Assembly: GCA_002633005.1 (NCBI GenBank)
Contig: NMRA01000533.1
Location: 113,844 to 177,843, forward strand
Length of the DNA: 64,000 nt
Direction of reading: 5' to 3'
From: Phoronis australis
Lineage: Eukaryota; Animalia; Phoronida
The position numbers were made by a program, and so were the translations under genes. The first letter of the stretch is position 1, and every line of letters begins with the position of its first letter. The notes below the pieces were generated by a model. It did no database searches. It was not told where the DNA came from and worked only from the letters and a program-made list of their open reading frames with translations. Below, piece after piece: positions 1 through 14,379 of the stretch.

Positions 1-989
1 GTTGTCGTACTTTGACATACCCTCTCTATCGGTGAGTCATTGCTAACCTCAGTAGCCGGATGTTGGCTGCAGGAGATGCGACGTACTTCACAAACTAATG
101 GTTATGCATTAAATAACATTCTGATATGCCACGAAGATGTAAAATTTGAGCAATAAATAATCAACAATGTATAAAAAGAAATAATGAGCATCAAAACAGC
201 CAAACAAAGCAACACGCTGATACATGTATTTTTGTCAATAAGTTTCCAAGGACAACTTGACTGTCTTTTAGGAATCATTACAGATCTGAAGCCCACAAAC
301 TCAAGTCACTGAAGTAGACGAGAATAGTCGATGATACTCTGATCCCGGCTGAGGCACAAAACTTTTCTCAAAAGGGCTCTTAGGTTGATAACAGAATGGA
401 CTTGAACATGATGCCATGTGGCATATTACTTTTGAACTAGGTTTTCCTTTGAGATACGGATTTTAAATACGCACAATCTACCGTTTACCGAGAAAATATT
501 AGCAGAACCATTTTGGAAATGCACAATCGCCAGGAAATCTGGGACAAATGTTACGTTGCTTTCACTCAAATCGAAACACCGGTCAGGCACAGAGAAGTTG
601 CGCATGTACACAGACTCCATTCATTCACCTAGTCGCGATAATGTTGCGTCAGCGACGAGTATATATGATAGAAAGGTCCCGTGGATAACAAAAATGGAAC
701 GTAGATTTAATCCTGAGACAGATATGTGTTTGTGTGCACGCATACGCCCATTCAGAACCAAAGGCATAAGTCGCCTCACGTCTCTGTGACTTTTTTCACA
801 AACACAGTTAGTTGTGAAGTTATAACAAAAACAGAAGTGCCGGAGGCGTGGTGTCATTTGCGGCGCAACACACGTGTGCAGGCTTCATGGTTGGGCCATT
901 GAGCTCAACATCTGGGTTAAAGCACGTGACTTTCATTATGGTTCTTGGTGAAGGAAGTTTTCAAGCCCGCCAGTCTCCTTTAAGAAAAC

Positions 990-1950
990 GAACAGACACT
1001 TAAATTTGTTGCCATTCACTATATGTTGTTGGCATGTAACAGTGTCATCCATTAGGTTGCTCCTTAGCATATGAAAATCTGGGCAATACTCTACCAAGTG
1101 TTTAGGGGATTCTATGTCAGTACTACACTCAGGTGACACTGTGTTCCCCATATCCCCGGTAATGCGTCTGTGTCGGGCTAGGTTGCAGTGGCCCATCAAA
1201 ATTTGAATGAAGTACATGTACGTTACTTATGCCCAACCTATCTGCACTAAGACGGCTTTTTAATTTTTTTGGTTATCCTGCACCTTCAGTAAGATACCGG
1301 GATTGCAGGTTCAGGCACAAAATGTTGAACGCTTGCTATTTTCTTTGATAGTCTGACTGATTTCCCATTGACATCATTACTCACATGAGCCCTGACTCGG
1401 TGCATGTTGAAGGTTCTTTCAATTGCAAGCTTGTTAAAGTCATTAATAAAGCATTAACGCAAACAGAGTTGACCCTTGGTTTTTTGCTGCCTGTCTATCT
1501 GAACTTGAAAATTGGTTATTGGCTGAATACCCTGCTCGGTATAATATTGTTGTGCCAGTAGAGCAGCTTTATTTATTGCAGCGATCTCAGCCTGGAACAC
1601 CGTGGCAAGATTGCCTAGCGATGCAAAGCTTTCTTTATCTGCAACAGAAAGGCTTGCAACATAGACTCCATCACCCGTCTGGCCATTCCCGTCCGTACAA
1701 CAAACCATTTCATTCTGCGAAATAAATACTCACTCAAATTCCTTAATTGGGATTATTTGAAACTTCGATGTTGAGATCTCATGCACACAACTTGTTTTAA
1801 TTACCAATTCGATTTTTGAACCTACATGTATTTTGTACTTGGCTTTCATATCAATTCCCTAGCGCTTTTCTAACAAAGAACTGTTAACCTGCGTTGAGGT
1901 GGACCGCAATGCACCAGATGTCCCACTTCATACAGTGTATGCTGACTCCG
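990..1950 (-). mobile_element. Degenerate 3' fragment of an RNase H-containing non-LTR retrotransposon (I/R1/LOA-like)
   Basis: RNase H motifs TDG...G.GVY...SLG..ATVFQAEIAAI (ORF 1454-1708) and C-terminal zinc knuckle GHCNL..H...PEC...ESPKHL..YCP (ORF 936-1217). Frameshifted; boundaries approximate. Confidence 0.8.
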
Positions 1951-3021
1951 AGCGATTTTTAGTTAGAGTATACATGTATGCATTAGAGATCGACTTGGAC
2001 TACATGTAAATTAAATGGTTTTGTGATAATTAATGAATTGTTGAAGTAATGAACGTACCTAAGCGAGGTATAGGTTATCTCGACCAAATACAAGGTTTCA
2101 CCAAATAATTATTCGAAGTCATTGAGATATTCACGTCTTGCCATATAATTGACTTTTTCTCAGCTTCGGTAAATCGTTTTAATTTGAAATTGGGAACGTA
2201 ATTTCCCGAAAACGGGATAGTGGATATGGTTCAAACTTTCCAAATTTGAATATTCATTCATGAATCCCAAAAAATGCTGTTAAAATTTTAATACAAAGGC
2301 CCAGGTTCTGTGTAATGTAACAAAGACGAATACGACTTGTATTTTTTACCTAAATTCCTTATGTTTTGCGAACTCATTTGCCATAAATACCTAATGAAAA
2401 GAATAAACAAAAGTTCCTGACAAGGTTTTTGGTTATGAAGTTTTCATTTAAAAAGGTTTATTAAAATCGACCAAGCTGTTATTTAACTATGAGTGTACCT
2501 TTCATAAATAAGTGTTTTTTATTTCACAAAGTTATAAACGTAATAATAATAACGACGCGTAAACATCAAACACATTTGATGTTTCCTGATTTTTTTCTTT
2601 CATCAATTAAGTACTTTTACGAGTTGACAAAACTTCGTGTTTTGACTTTTGTGTTATAATGCAGACCTCTTAGTAAGGCTTGAAGTATCCATTCGGTAAG
2701 TACTGGTCTACGTATAGGCGGATCCAGGGGTTCAAGGGGTCCAGACCCTTTTCCCTTGATTTTGATGATATCAAATCTATAATTTTCAAATTGTTGACTC
2801 AGACTCTTATTTTGAAACTCCTTGACTCGACCTCCCCCTTAAAAACTATTGGTACCCCCTGTTACGTTTGATCTTGTGTCGCCCTCAAGCTGAGTATTGA
2901 AAGTAGTCCGTTCTCGCTCAAAAACTGAGTCGTAAAGGCGCACCACAGCATCATTCATTTGCACCTGTATCGTGCAAGTCTATTATAGCTAATAGTATTA
3001 AACTTCTGTCTGATCACGCGC

Positions 3022-3240
3022 AAGGTTAAACCTGGTTTAAGATCTTAATCCAAGTCTACGTGTAAGTAGTATATAACCCGTTGGTGAAATGACCAGGTCT
3101 AAATTGGAGTTAAACCAGATTTTATTAGACTACTGGTCTAAAAGTTAAACCACGTTTATGAAATGCATATTTTCTTTAAACCTGGTCTATGCCCAGATTA
3201 AACCAAGTTTAACTTTAAACCACGTTTATGGAATCAGCAG
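3022..3240. mobile_element. Probable PIF/Harbinger-type MITE arm with TTAAACC(T/A)GGTTTAA subrepeats (second copy about 11387-11605)
   Basis: Repeated palindromic ttaaacctggtttaa/ttaaaccacgttta units ending in gtttatgaaat/gtttatggaatc. Family assignment is by resemblance only. Confidence 0.4.
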
Positions 3241-6238
3241 CACATTTATTCCTTTACTCTAACGATGTCTTATGGATGAAAACTCAAAGTTCGATTTGAT
3301 TACGTCAAGACAGAAGTTCGTCAGCACCGAAATAAATGGGAGGTTATGGCCCCCCATTCCCCTATGGCGTGCTGCCTATGCACGATTATTTTTCAACAGG
3401 CATAAAATGCATTGAACGTCTTTAAGGACAACCCCATACCTGAAACTGATTAATTACAATACAGAGACAAATCCAGCGACAGTGAATATGATTCTTGATG
3501 AACTGCCTATCGTTCAACTGAGAATTACACTGATTTTATCGCGAACAACTCTTCAAGTAATGTTCGAGACTTTTCAAGAAAAGTATTCAAGTTTCTTACT
3601 TGGATGTGCATTTCTTTTTCGTTTGCTTTTAATTTCATCAAAATCTGCGATGCCATTGATGAATAGTCTACTTATTCCTATGAGAAGTGCCCAATGAGTT
3701 GACCTTGCACCCTTCTAAAAAGGTTGAAATTGCTTCGAAATAAATCGTTTTTGATTGAAAATCCAATTTGGTGTAGGTATGATCATGTGACACTTATTCA
3801 GGCACTTTAGCCTCATAGCTTCATATCTTTATTGTCGTGCCTGTCACGGGTTAGGTATGCGCGACATCTGTTGCTTAGAGGTAATAAAGAACAAAAAAGG
3901 GGAACAAGCAAAGTGATAGAATCAACATTTTGTCTTATTCAGTGCGCGACATTATTACTATTTTGTTTCCACACTCGATTAGTTGAACTCTACAAGCACA
4001 ATCAGTTCACCCAACGTCTTTTAAAACATCGGTGTGGAGGACAGGGCCACGCCCTAACCTATTTGATGTCAGATATCACATGACATCCGATTTGACCTAC
4101 CATGTGACACAGAAATGGGACCTTGTGGAACAATGATGAACGAAACACAGAATTCCGTGCGTGGGCATGAATGCGTATGCCAGGCCAGAAATTTATATAT
4201 CACATAGCCACCACTTACTCACGCCTTTAATGCATTGTAATTGTTTGTGCTTAATCACAGGATCGGAATTTTTTTTTCTTCGATCACTGCCCATTTTAAT
4301 GATTTGCAATTATTCAAGTCAAATGAGGTCGCCATGCTAGTTACAGTAAATTGAAAAGGTTTTTCAAATATCAAGCAATGGGAATGACAGAATGTTATGA
4401 CGTCGGTTTCATTATTTTAACCAGTGAGAAACCATTAACATTACACGTAGCACTGAGAACGAGTGTAGATTCGACATTGCTATCTTTCCCGACGACTTCC
4501 GGATACATCCATGACCTTGATCTTCTGTCGAGGTCGCACTCCCATCGGTCCAACTAAACCTATTGCATAATGATTTGTGTTGTCTTTTTCACTTCCTTCG
4601 GGTAACCGGACGACGCCTCTTCCAGTTCCACACTTGACCTTTCATCCTTCACCTTTCACCTGTGACCTTTGAACTAAGCGCCTCCCAAACGGGGCGCCTA
4701 AACAAATTACAATACCACTAACGCCCGGTTTCACACAGATCTGTGACTTTGTTGCATTAGCACGATAAAGTATCTTTCCGGTCCTCATTTTGTGTATATA
4801 CAATTATTTTCAATTACGTGTGGGCTGGGAGCGTACAGAGATTATGACCGGGGCCAGATTGTGCTTGAGCACATGTTTCAAGTCGACAAACGACGGGGTT
4901 GTTTTCACTTGAACTGTGAGTACATTTGAAATGGAAACGTGTATTCAGAGCGAGTAAGTTGCTTAAGGAATCAAATATCACCCAGAGTAAAAGTGAGGAC
5001 ATGGTCTGGTCTTCAACAAAGTTGGATATACCGAAACAAAATGAAAGTTTTCAGCCGAATTCACATAAGTGTACATATAATAGAAATATGTAAAATATTT
5101 CACACCCTGTTTTGCAAATCTACAAATGTAGATGAATTCTAAAATAAGCTGGAAAAGAACAAACTATCACCAAGAAGTACAAAGTAAGGTAACTGAACAC
5201 ACCTGCAGATGTCTCAAGTTATAATTTAGTGTAAAACAAAAAATGTGCCGAAAATTACATTTTAGATTTAGTTGATAATCTCGCCCTCACAAACTTTATA
5301 CTTGGAAATGCAACACAGAGCTCGCATGATCACGCATTGGCTTGATGTTGTTGAACAATGCACCTGATGGCGTACGATAGTCAAACGCTTCCTTCGGTTA
5401 GATGTTCTTCTATTAAAGGGTTCATTGTCAACGTGAACATCGGGAAGAATTTTTCCAACCCCTTCTGTGGGCTATTTTTGCCAAATTATTTAGGAAGCTC
5501 TAACTAAAAAAATTAAGGCAATATTTTTTACAAATGAACATTTGGACACGTATCACCAGGATATATGAACGCATATTATTTTCAAAATCGGTGATCCTAA
5601 AGTCGAACTTATTGGTGCTCTAGTGGAATGACAGTAAGTTGCTAATGTATGACGTCCTTGGCTTGAAAAAACAAGGAAACTAAATGATTAGCCGTAATTG
5701 AAACCCAGGCTCCTATAAGGATATGAAAAAAAAAACAGTTTTCGAATTAAGAAGATTCGAAACATAATTTCAGAGTGCAAATTTGCTAAGGGAATGTGTA
5801 GGTATGAGTTTAGTAAATGGCATTATTTTTTTCATGTTTTCAATTGCAGTGAAAGTGTTTTCAATTGATACTGAATTATTATATTGTGATACGAAATCTA
5901 AAAATCAAATAAGTTACATATTGCGGATAATTTCAAATACGCTACATGAAAGTTTTTGGATATTCGAATTTTTTCCCAACTATTCTGGATATTTTACGCA
6001 ATGGTGGTCAGGTTTTTTGACTTCTTTCACAAAAGTGAATATTGCTTAGCATTCTGATTTATTTCTGGTTGAGTACAATTTTTGTTGAGTTCCAAAGCAT
6101 GTGAAACCACTCAGTGAGCGTATTTTTTATTCTCTCGTCACTTAAAATAAAGCTTATTACACATGCGTCTTAATTTTGGTCGTTCTTCCTGATTTATCTT
6201 AAAAAAATACACTACATGCTTATTTTTGGATAATTTAG

Positions 6239-6412
6239 GGAAAACATGCGGAAAGCCAGTCATTAACCTCAATACCGCTGTTGAAGTTACCTCGGAACTT
6301 TATGGAGGAACAGCCCAATACTCTTGTGAAACAAGATATCTGCAGACAGGCGGTAACCTAACACGTACCTGCAACGCTGAAGGAAACTGGACAGGAGTAC
6401 CACTTGAATGTA
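6239..6412 (+). CDS. Internal exon encoding one Sushi/CCP domain (phase 1-1) of a Sushi-CUB extracellular protein
   Basis: Acceptor aatttAG at 6237-6238, donor GTAAGT at 6413. The 174 nt read KTCGKP...AQYSCETRY...TRTCNAEGNWTGVPLEC, with the four Cys and the Trp of the CCP consensus. Confidence 0.92.
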
Positions 6413-8293
6413 GTAAGTCAATAATCTCTAAGAAATGATATTTAATGTATCATTGCTATTGCTAGACTTTGATAAACACGAGTAGTTCCGACAAATTTGG
6501 CACATGTAACTACTGCACACCACCCAAAACAGATCGACGAAGTTAAATGCAACGTTAGTGAGGAAACTTTGGATAGCTTGTGCGGCCATGTTCCAAGTTC
6601 AGGACTCCACAAGGGTGGGAAAGAGGAGCAACCAGTTCAGGAAATTAACTGCGGTGTTCCTGGTAACCGAAGCGAAATTCCGTCTTAAGTTAGGGCATGC
6701 ATTACATCGAGTGTATGCCCTTCACGGTTCTGTTAGCCTATTCCTTGATGTCAGTACTTTCATAGCGTTTTAACGTAGACTCCATATTTTCATGTACATC
6801 ACATATTATTAGGTTATTTTGTATCTGAGAATAGCTCAACTCTGTGTTTAAATCATGTGAGCAAATTGATTTGGTTGGGTCAGTTACTTCTTAAAATTAG
6901 GAAACGTGCGATATCCAATGAAATAATTTCAACTTTACTGAAAACGTCTTAGGCACAAACATACATGTACATGGACATTGCCCTTTTGAGGCATAGTAGA
7001 AAGCGTTATAAATGTACATACAAATTTTCACGAAACTTAGAACAAAAAGTGTCTTTCAGTTGACCCAATTTCTATTTTTTATCAAACAGTTACCAATAGG
7101 GAGGGGAAAGGTATGTAAAGTTGCAATAAATGTCACCAATCAATCACATATCATACACTCGATCGTTAGAACGCTGTATCGTCTGCTGACAATATCAGCG
7201 GTTTTTAATGTGTAAAAAGGCGGATCTACGGCTGCTTTCAGGGGGTCTAAGCCCATCCCATTGGAGCAGGATCAAAAATTCAAAAATCGTCACCTGCAAA
7301 ACAAAATGGTACCGCTAGCATGTTCAAACCCTAAGAAAACCAACTCAAAAATTAGGGGGATAACCCTGAAAACACAATTTCTTTGCATTGTGATTGGCCG
7401 TTATCGCGAAAAGCAACGCATTTCGAGTTTTTGTGGCTAATAGGGAATTCTCACAGAATTTCATTGTTTGCACCCTTCCGTCGACACTTCTAACATGTAA
7501 GTAGCCAAGAACTTAAGACGTTTCCCCCGGGAAAAAGCTGGTCTGAAGCTGATTTTTTTATAACTACCGTATTTACTCTAAGATACATTTTGATTCAATT
7601 AGGGAAAATAATATAGTACAACAACCCGCGCCGTGCAACGTTTTTAAATCATCTGTCTTGTCATGCCATGCTACTACACACAACACGTTTGTAACTTAAT
7701 TTTTTCAGGCGTATAATCAAGTTGTCTAGTGCAATAATCATACAGTGAACACGTAAATTGTTTTATTTAAAACACTCCTTTCCCAAAGGACCTCCGTTGT
7801 TGCGGGCGCTGTGGTTTTGTCGCGAGCCAGTTTCGGGATGAACCCTAGCAAATTAAGTCTATATAAGGAATGAATCCGGAAGAGGCATTCCATTGACAAG
7901 GTGTCTGTACTTTCTCAACAGGGTTTGCCGGACTCGCACAGTATTCAATAGGCTTCTTATGGAGGCCTAGTTCCGACCTCTGCACTGACCGTCTTCCTAC
8001 AAACAATAAGCACTACTGCCGTCTTCTTTATAGGGAGTTACGGCAGAAAGTTACACTTGATGAAACATCCTTGACAATGGGTGTTATTTGACTACATTAC
8101 ATTTTAACAGCCAGTATGACCGGTGCTGATTTTATGCCAAGTAAGCGCTCCGCTCACACGTCCTGGTACTATTCACCCGGTAATTCCTTACTCCAAGGGG
8201 GTACTTTGCACCGGCTTAAAGAAATAGCGATAAAGATAACAGATTTGCTGATGTAGATTTTTTTTAATGTAATTTATTACCTAAACGAATACT

Positions 8294-11200
8294 GTTGCTG
8301 TACTTTGATATACCCTCTCTATCGATGAGTCATTGCTTACCTCAGCAGCCGAATGTTGGCTTCAGGATATGCGACGTACTTCACAAACTAATAATTATGC
8401 ATTAAATAACATTCTGATATGCAACGAACATGTAAAATTTGAGCAATAAATAATAAACTATGTATGAAAAGAAATAATTAAAATCAAAACAGCCAAACAA
8501 AGCAACACGCTGAAGTTGATGTCATTAAGTTTCCAAGGACAGCATGACTGTCTTTTAGGAATCATTCCAGATCTGATGTCCAGAAACTCAAGTCACTGAA
8601 GTAGACGAGAATAGTCGATGATACTCTGATCCCGGCTGCGGCACAAAACTTGTGCTCAAAAGGGCTTTTAGGTTGATAACAGAAAGGACTTGAACATGAT
8701 GCCATGTGGCATATTACTTTTGAACTAGGTTTTCCCTTGAGATACGGATTTTAAATACGCACAATCTACTGTTTACCGAGAAAAAAATTAGCAGAACCAT
8801 TTTGGAAATGCACAATAGCCAGGAAATCTGGGTCAAATGTTACGTTGCTTTCACTCAAATCGAAACACCGGTCAGGCACAGAGCGATTGCGCATTTACAC
8901 CGACTCCATTCATTCACCTAGTCGCCATAATGTTGCGTCAGGGACGAGTATATATGATAGAAAAGTCCCGTGAATAACAAAAAATGGTACGTAGATTTAA
9001 TCCTGAGACAGATGTGTGTTTGTGTGCCCGCATACGCCCATTCAGAACCAAAGGCATGAGTCACCTCACGTCTCTGTGACTTTTTTTCACAAACACAGCT
9101 AGTTGGGAAGTTATAACCAAAACAGCAGTACCGGAGGCCTGGTGTCATTTGCGGCGCAACACACGTGTGCAGGCTTCATGGTTGGGCCCATTGAGCAGAG
9201 CATCTGATTTAAAGCACGTGACTTTCGTTATGGTTCTTGGTGAAGGAAGTTTTCAAGCCCGCCAGTCTCCTTTAAGACAGACACTTAAATTTGTTGCCAT
9301 TCACTATATGTTGTTGGCATGTAACAGTGTCATCCAGTAGGTTGCTCCTTAGCATATACATGTAAAAAGCTGGGCAATACTCTATCAAGTGTTTAGGCGA
9401 TTCTAAGTCAGTACTACACTCAGGACACACTGAGTTCCCCATATCCCCGGTAATGCGTCTGTGTTGGGCTAGGTTACAGTGGCCCATCAACATTTGAATG
9501 AAGTACATGTACATGTACGTTGCTTATGTAAAATCTACCTGCAATCAGAAGGTTTTTTTTAAATTTTTGGTTTGATCACGTAGGGAAAATTCTTCTTGGC
9601 CGTCTCCCTGCAGCAATGATGTGATGTCAACTGGGCTGCTGACTGGGTTTGTACCCAGTTGCGTATACTTATCCTGCACCTTCAGTAAGATACCGGGATA
9701 GCAGGTTCAGGCACAAAATGTAGAACGCTTGCTCTTTTCTTTGCTAGTCTGACTGATTTCTCATTGGCATCATTACTCACATGAGCCCTGCCTCGGTGAT
9801 TGTTGAAGGTTCTTTCAATTGCAAGCTTGTTAGAGTCATTAATAAAGCATTAACGCAAATAGAGTTGACCCTTGGTTTTTTGCTGCCTGTCTATCTGAAA
9901 ATTGGTTATTGGCTGAATACCCTGCTCGGTATAATATTGTTGTGCCAGTAGAGCAGCTTTATTAATTGCAGCGATCTCAGCCTGGAACACCGTGGCAAGA
10001 TTGCCTAGCTATGCAAAGCTTTCTTTATCTGCAACAGAAATTCTTGCAACGTAGACTCCAGCACCCGTCTGGCAATTTCCCGTCCGCATAATAAACCGCC
10101 TCTGTCATTCTGCGAAATAAATACTCACTCAAATTCCTTAATTGGGATTATTTGAAATTGCGATGTTTAGATCTCATGCACACAACTTGCTTTAATTACC
10201 AATTCGATTTTTGAGCCTACATGTATTTTGTACTTGGCTTTCATATCAATTCCCTAGCGCTTTTCTAACAATGAATTGTTAACCTGCTTTGAGGTGGACC
10301 AAAATGCACCAGATGTCCCACTTCGTACAGTGTGTGCTGACTGATAGAGTTTTAGTTAGAGTGTATGCATTAGAGATCGACTTGGACTACATGTAAATTA
10401 AATGGTTTTGTGATAATTAATGAATTGTTGAAGTAATGAACGTACCTAAGCGAGGTATAGGTTATCTCGACCAAATACAAGGTTTCACCAAATAATTATT
10501 CGAAGTCATTGAGATATTCACGTCTTGCCACATATTTGACTATTTCTCAGCTTCGGTAAATCGTTTTAATTTGAAATTGGGAACTCAAGTTCTCGAAAAC
10601 GGGATAGTGGATATGGTTCAAACTTTCCAAATTTGAATATTTATTCATGAGTCCCAAAAAATACAAAGGCCCAGGTTCTGTGTAATGTAACAAAGACGAA
10701 ATCTTGTATTTTTTATCTAAATTCCTTATGTTTTGCGAACTCATTTGCCATAAAAATCAAATGAAAATAATAAACAAAAGTTCCTGACAAGTTTTTTGGT
10801 TATGAAGTTTTCATTTAAAAAGTTTTATTAAAATCGACCAAGCTGTTATTTAACTATGAGTGTACCTTTCATAAATGAATATTTTTATTCTAAAAAGTAA
10901 TAAACGTAATAATAATAACGACCCATAAACATGAAGCATATTTGATGTTTCCTGATTTTTTCTTTCATAAATTAAATACTTTTACGAGTTGACAAAACTT
11001 CGTTTTTTGAATTTTTTGTTATAATGCAGGCGTCTTAGTAAGGCTTGAGGTATCCATTCGGTAAATACTGTTCTAAGTTTAGGCGGATCCAGGGGTTCAA
11101 GGGGTCCAGTCCCGTTTCCCTTGATTTTAATGATATCAAATCTATAATTTTCAAATTGTTGACTCAGACCCTCCTTTTGAAACTCCTTGATTCGACCTCC

Positions 11201-12560
11201 CCCTTAAAAACTATTGGTACCCCCTGTTACGTTTGATCTTGTGTCGTCCTCAAGCTGAGTATTGAAAGTAGTCCGTTCTCGCTCAAAAACTGAGTCGTAA
11301 ACGCGCACGGCAGAATCATTCATTTGCACCTGTATCGTACAAATCTATTATATCTAATAGTATTAAACTTCTGTCTAATCAATCATAAGGTTAAACCTGG
11401 TTTAAGATCTTAATCCAAGTCTACGTGTAAGTAGTATTTACACCGTTGGTGAAATGACCACGTCTAAATTGAAGTTAACCCAGATTTCACTAGACCACTG
11501 GTCTAAAAGTTAAACCATGTTTATGAAATGCATATTTTCTTTAAACCTGTTCTATGTCCAGTTTAAACCAAGTTTAACTTTAAACCAAGTTTATGGAATC
11601 AGCTGTAAATTTATTCATTTACTCTAACAATGTCTCATGGAACAAAACTCAAAGTTCGGTTTGATTACATCAAGACCGAAGTTCGTCAGCACCGAAATAA
11701 ATGGGGGGTTGTAGCCCCCATTCCCCTATGGCGTGCTGCATATGCACGATATTTTTTTCAAAAGGCATTAAATGCATTGGACGTCTTTAAGGACAACCCC
11801 ATACCTGAAACTGATTGATTACAATACAGAGGCAAATCCAGCGACAGTGGATATGATTCTTGATGAAATGTGTATCGTTCAACTGAGAATTACACTGATT
11901 TTATCGCGAACAACTTTTCAAGAAATGTTCGAAACTTTTCAAGAAAATTATTAAAGTTTCTTTTGTGGATGTGCATTTCTTTTGCTTTGATTTTCATCAA
12001 AATCTGCGATGTCGTTGATGAATAATCTACTTATACGTATGGGAAGTGCCCAATCAATTGACCTTGCACCCTTCTAAAAAGGTTGAAATTTCTTCAAAAT
12101 AAATTGTTTTTGATTGAAAATCCATTTTCGTGAAGGTGTGATCATGTGACACGTATTCAGGTACTTTAGCCTCATAGCTTCATATCTTTATTGCCGTGCC
12201 TGTCACTTTTTAGGTATACGTGACATCTGTTGTTGAGAGGTAATAAAGAACAAAAAAAAGGGAAAAGGCAAAATAATAGAATCAACATTTTGTCTTATCT
12301 AGTGCGCAACATTATTACTATTTTGTTTCCACACTCGATTAGTTGGACCCTACAACCACAATTAGTTTACCCAAGGTCTTTTAGAACATCGGTGTGGAGG
12401 ACGGTGCCACGCTCTAACCCATTTGATGTCAGATATCACATGACATCCGATTTGACCTACCATGTGACACAGAAATGTGACCTTGTGGAAAAATGATGAA
12501 CGAAACACAGAATTCCGTGCGTGGGCATCATTGCGTATACCAGGTCGGAAGTTTATACAT
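8294..12560 (+). repeat. Segmental duplication copy 2
   Basis: Colinear with 1-4198 at an offset of about 8.3 kb. Similarity stops near 12560. Confidence 0.95.
9280..10330 (-). mobile_element. Duplicate of the RNase H LINE fragment
   Basis: ORF 9272-9514 GHCNLAQH...CPEC...ESPKHLIEYCPAF. Retains about 0.1 kb that is missing from copy 1. Confidence 0.8.
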
Positions 12561-13554
12561 GTATCCCAATAACAAGACGAACACTTCCTTCTGTGTACAT
12601 TGTTCTGTTCTCAGTAACCATCGCTCTTGGCATGGCGTAAGATAACTATCAATATTATACGTTTTGTAATGTCTAGGTTTGGGGTTGAGATAATCGCCAT
12701 ACTCGAAGCTCAGCTCGAAAAGTAAGCATTTGCATGCCACAATTCTAATAAATTCACTACAAATATGCAGTGTTTATTATTAGGCTTTGAGTCTGAGTTT
12801 GGAGATTTCACCCTGGGCCCACGTGATTGCCCATAAACATAAACATTGACTACAGAATGCACGTATATCTGGGGCACCACCTTTACATATTCAAGCAACT
12901 TTTACTCACAAGCTTTTTTTTAAAGGTGCATAGGTGCCTGAATTCCAGATTGAGGTGCAGCTTCAAGGATATGGTCGAAGAATAGTAAATTATATAGCTA
13001 ATTTTTGAGGTCAGTCATTTGTATTAAGTTTCTACTTATTCAACATAGTGTGTTGATTGTTTGCTAACACATTTATTTTGTGCAGTGTTGTTGTAACATT
13101 GTCTTTATAAGTTCCACTTACATGTGTTTTTGAAATAGCAAAATTTGTTTGAATGAAAATACGATTTAATGTAAAGATTCGTGTGCATAACTGAAAATGT
13201 ATGTTAATTTTCAAACAAAAATTTGTTTTCAAAACCATTTTGCATACAAACCCATGGTTATCTTTTTCACTTTTTAGCACAACTGGCTAGGCCTTGTATA
13301 TGCACGTCTTATTTTGAATGTTTTCTATCTGTCTTTTTATCATTCTTTGTACTTTCATTCAGTTATTGGGGACAAATAAAACAACAAGAATAATAAATAT
13401 TTTAAGTTGTATTGGGAATTTCAGGGTCACAGCTCTACAAATAAATATTTCACAGAAGGAACCAGAGGGGTTCCTTAATTACAAGAGATAACACACACAT
13501 TTACGATACCCAAAGTGTAACTGAGTATCGGATACTAAGTGGCACAGGTTAGCA

Positions 13555-13720
13555 TAGTACCAAATGGGTACATAATACCAAATGGGTATTGGCCGATTGC
13601 CTAACAACTAGGTCGAGCAAAGCGGCAAATTCAATAACAAGTACCAAGTGGGTACAAACTGCCAAATGGGCAAATATCATATAAAGTACCAAGTGGGTAC
13701 ACCAAACAGCCAACTGGGCT
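13555..13720. repeat. Short minisatellite-like cluster of (TA/TG)CCAA(A/G/C)TGGG
   Basis: About six copies: taccaaatggg x2, taccaagtggg x2, tgccaaatggg, gccaactggg. Confidence 0.7.
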
Positions 13721-14379
13721 ATAACAACCTGCAAAGCAGGTTCCGGACAAGCTGAGTGAGCAGACCAGCCGGAGTGATAAAAAGAGATATTGTAAGAAAC
13801 GTGGTGTTGTGGCTCAGTATGTGCCGAGAGCTGTGACCGGGGTGGAGAGAAGCAAGCTGCAGTAATGGACGCTCAAGTACAGGTCTGGTCGCTAGCCAAT
13901 GACGTCGGTTCTTGCCGGACGGTAAAACGCTCCGGTCTTGAAGAAGGTACCAGCAGTGGCTGTAAAAACAACAATAACCAACAGCAGATTTTGTTCGGCA
14001 AAAGGGATGGAGCGTGGTAAAGGTAGAAAACGGTTGACGTGAAATTTTGTGGTACCCCGGGTAGGGAGGGCGGGAGAGGTATAAACTTGTCTAATTAGGA
14101 AAACTTACGAGTGAATGTAGTGTTGCTTGAGGCTGGGCCAACAGGAAGCTGGAGAGAAAGAACAAACAGCGCAACCATCGGATTTGGTAGGAACTAACCA
14201 GCAGTTGGATATGAAGCATGAAGGGCTCTATAATGGTATTTGCCCAAATAATAGGATTTATGTCAGAGTGCCATAAATCTCATTATTGCACTAAAGAATT
14301 GCGTACATGTCACTATCTATCGTTTCGTAGGACAGGCCTAGAATGTTTTTCATATTTTTAAACTCTGACAACGACTTTA

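Larger units (their letters stand above)
1..4198 (+). repeat. Segmental duplication copy 1 (extends beyond the left edge)
   Basis: Colinear, highly similar match to 8294-12560, starting gttgtcgtactttgacataccc vs gttgctgtactttgatataccc. The ORF track shows paired spurious ORFs (936/9272, 2680/11045). Confidence 0.95.

Noticed and set aside
6490-6760. Possible minus-strand CR1/L2 RT C-terminal fragment (ANRT...LRRNF...PTLV)
   Set aside because: Needs several frameshifts; the similarity is too weak to call by eye.
11630-11954. Short ORFs in the triplicated intron block as a conserved small gene
   Set aside because: The copies at about 3265 and about 30480 contain stops and frameshifts, so there is no coding conservation.
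13516-14250. Possible LTR plus internal fragment starting TGTAAC
   Set aside because: No PBS, matching end or TSD could be identified.
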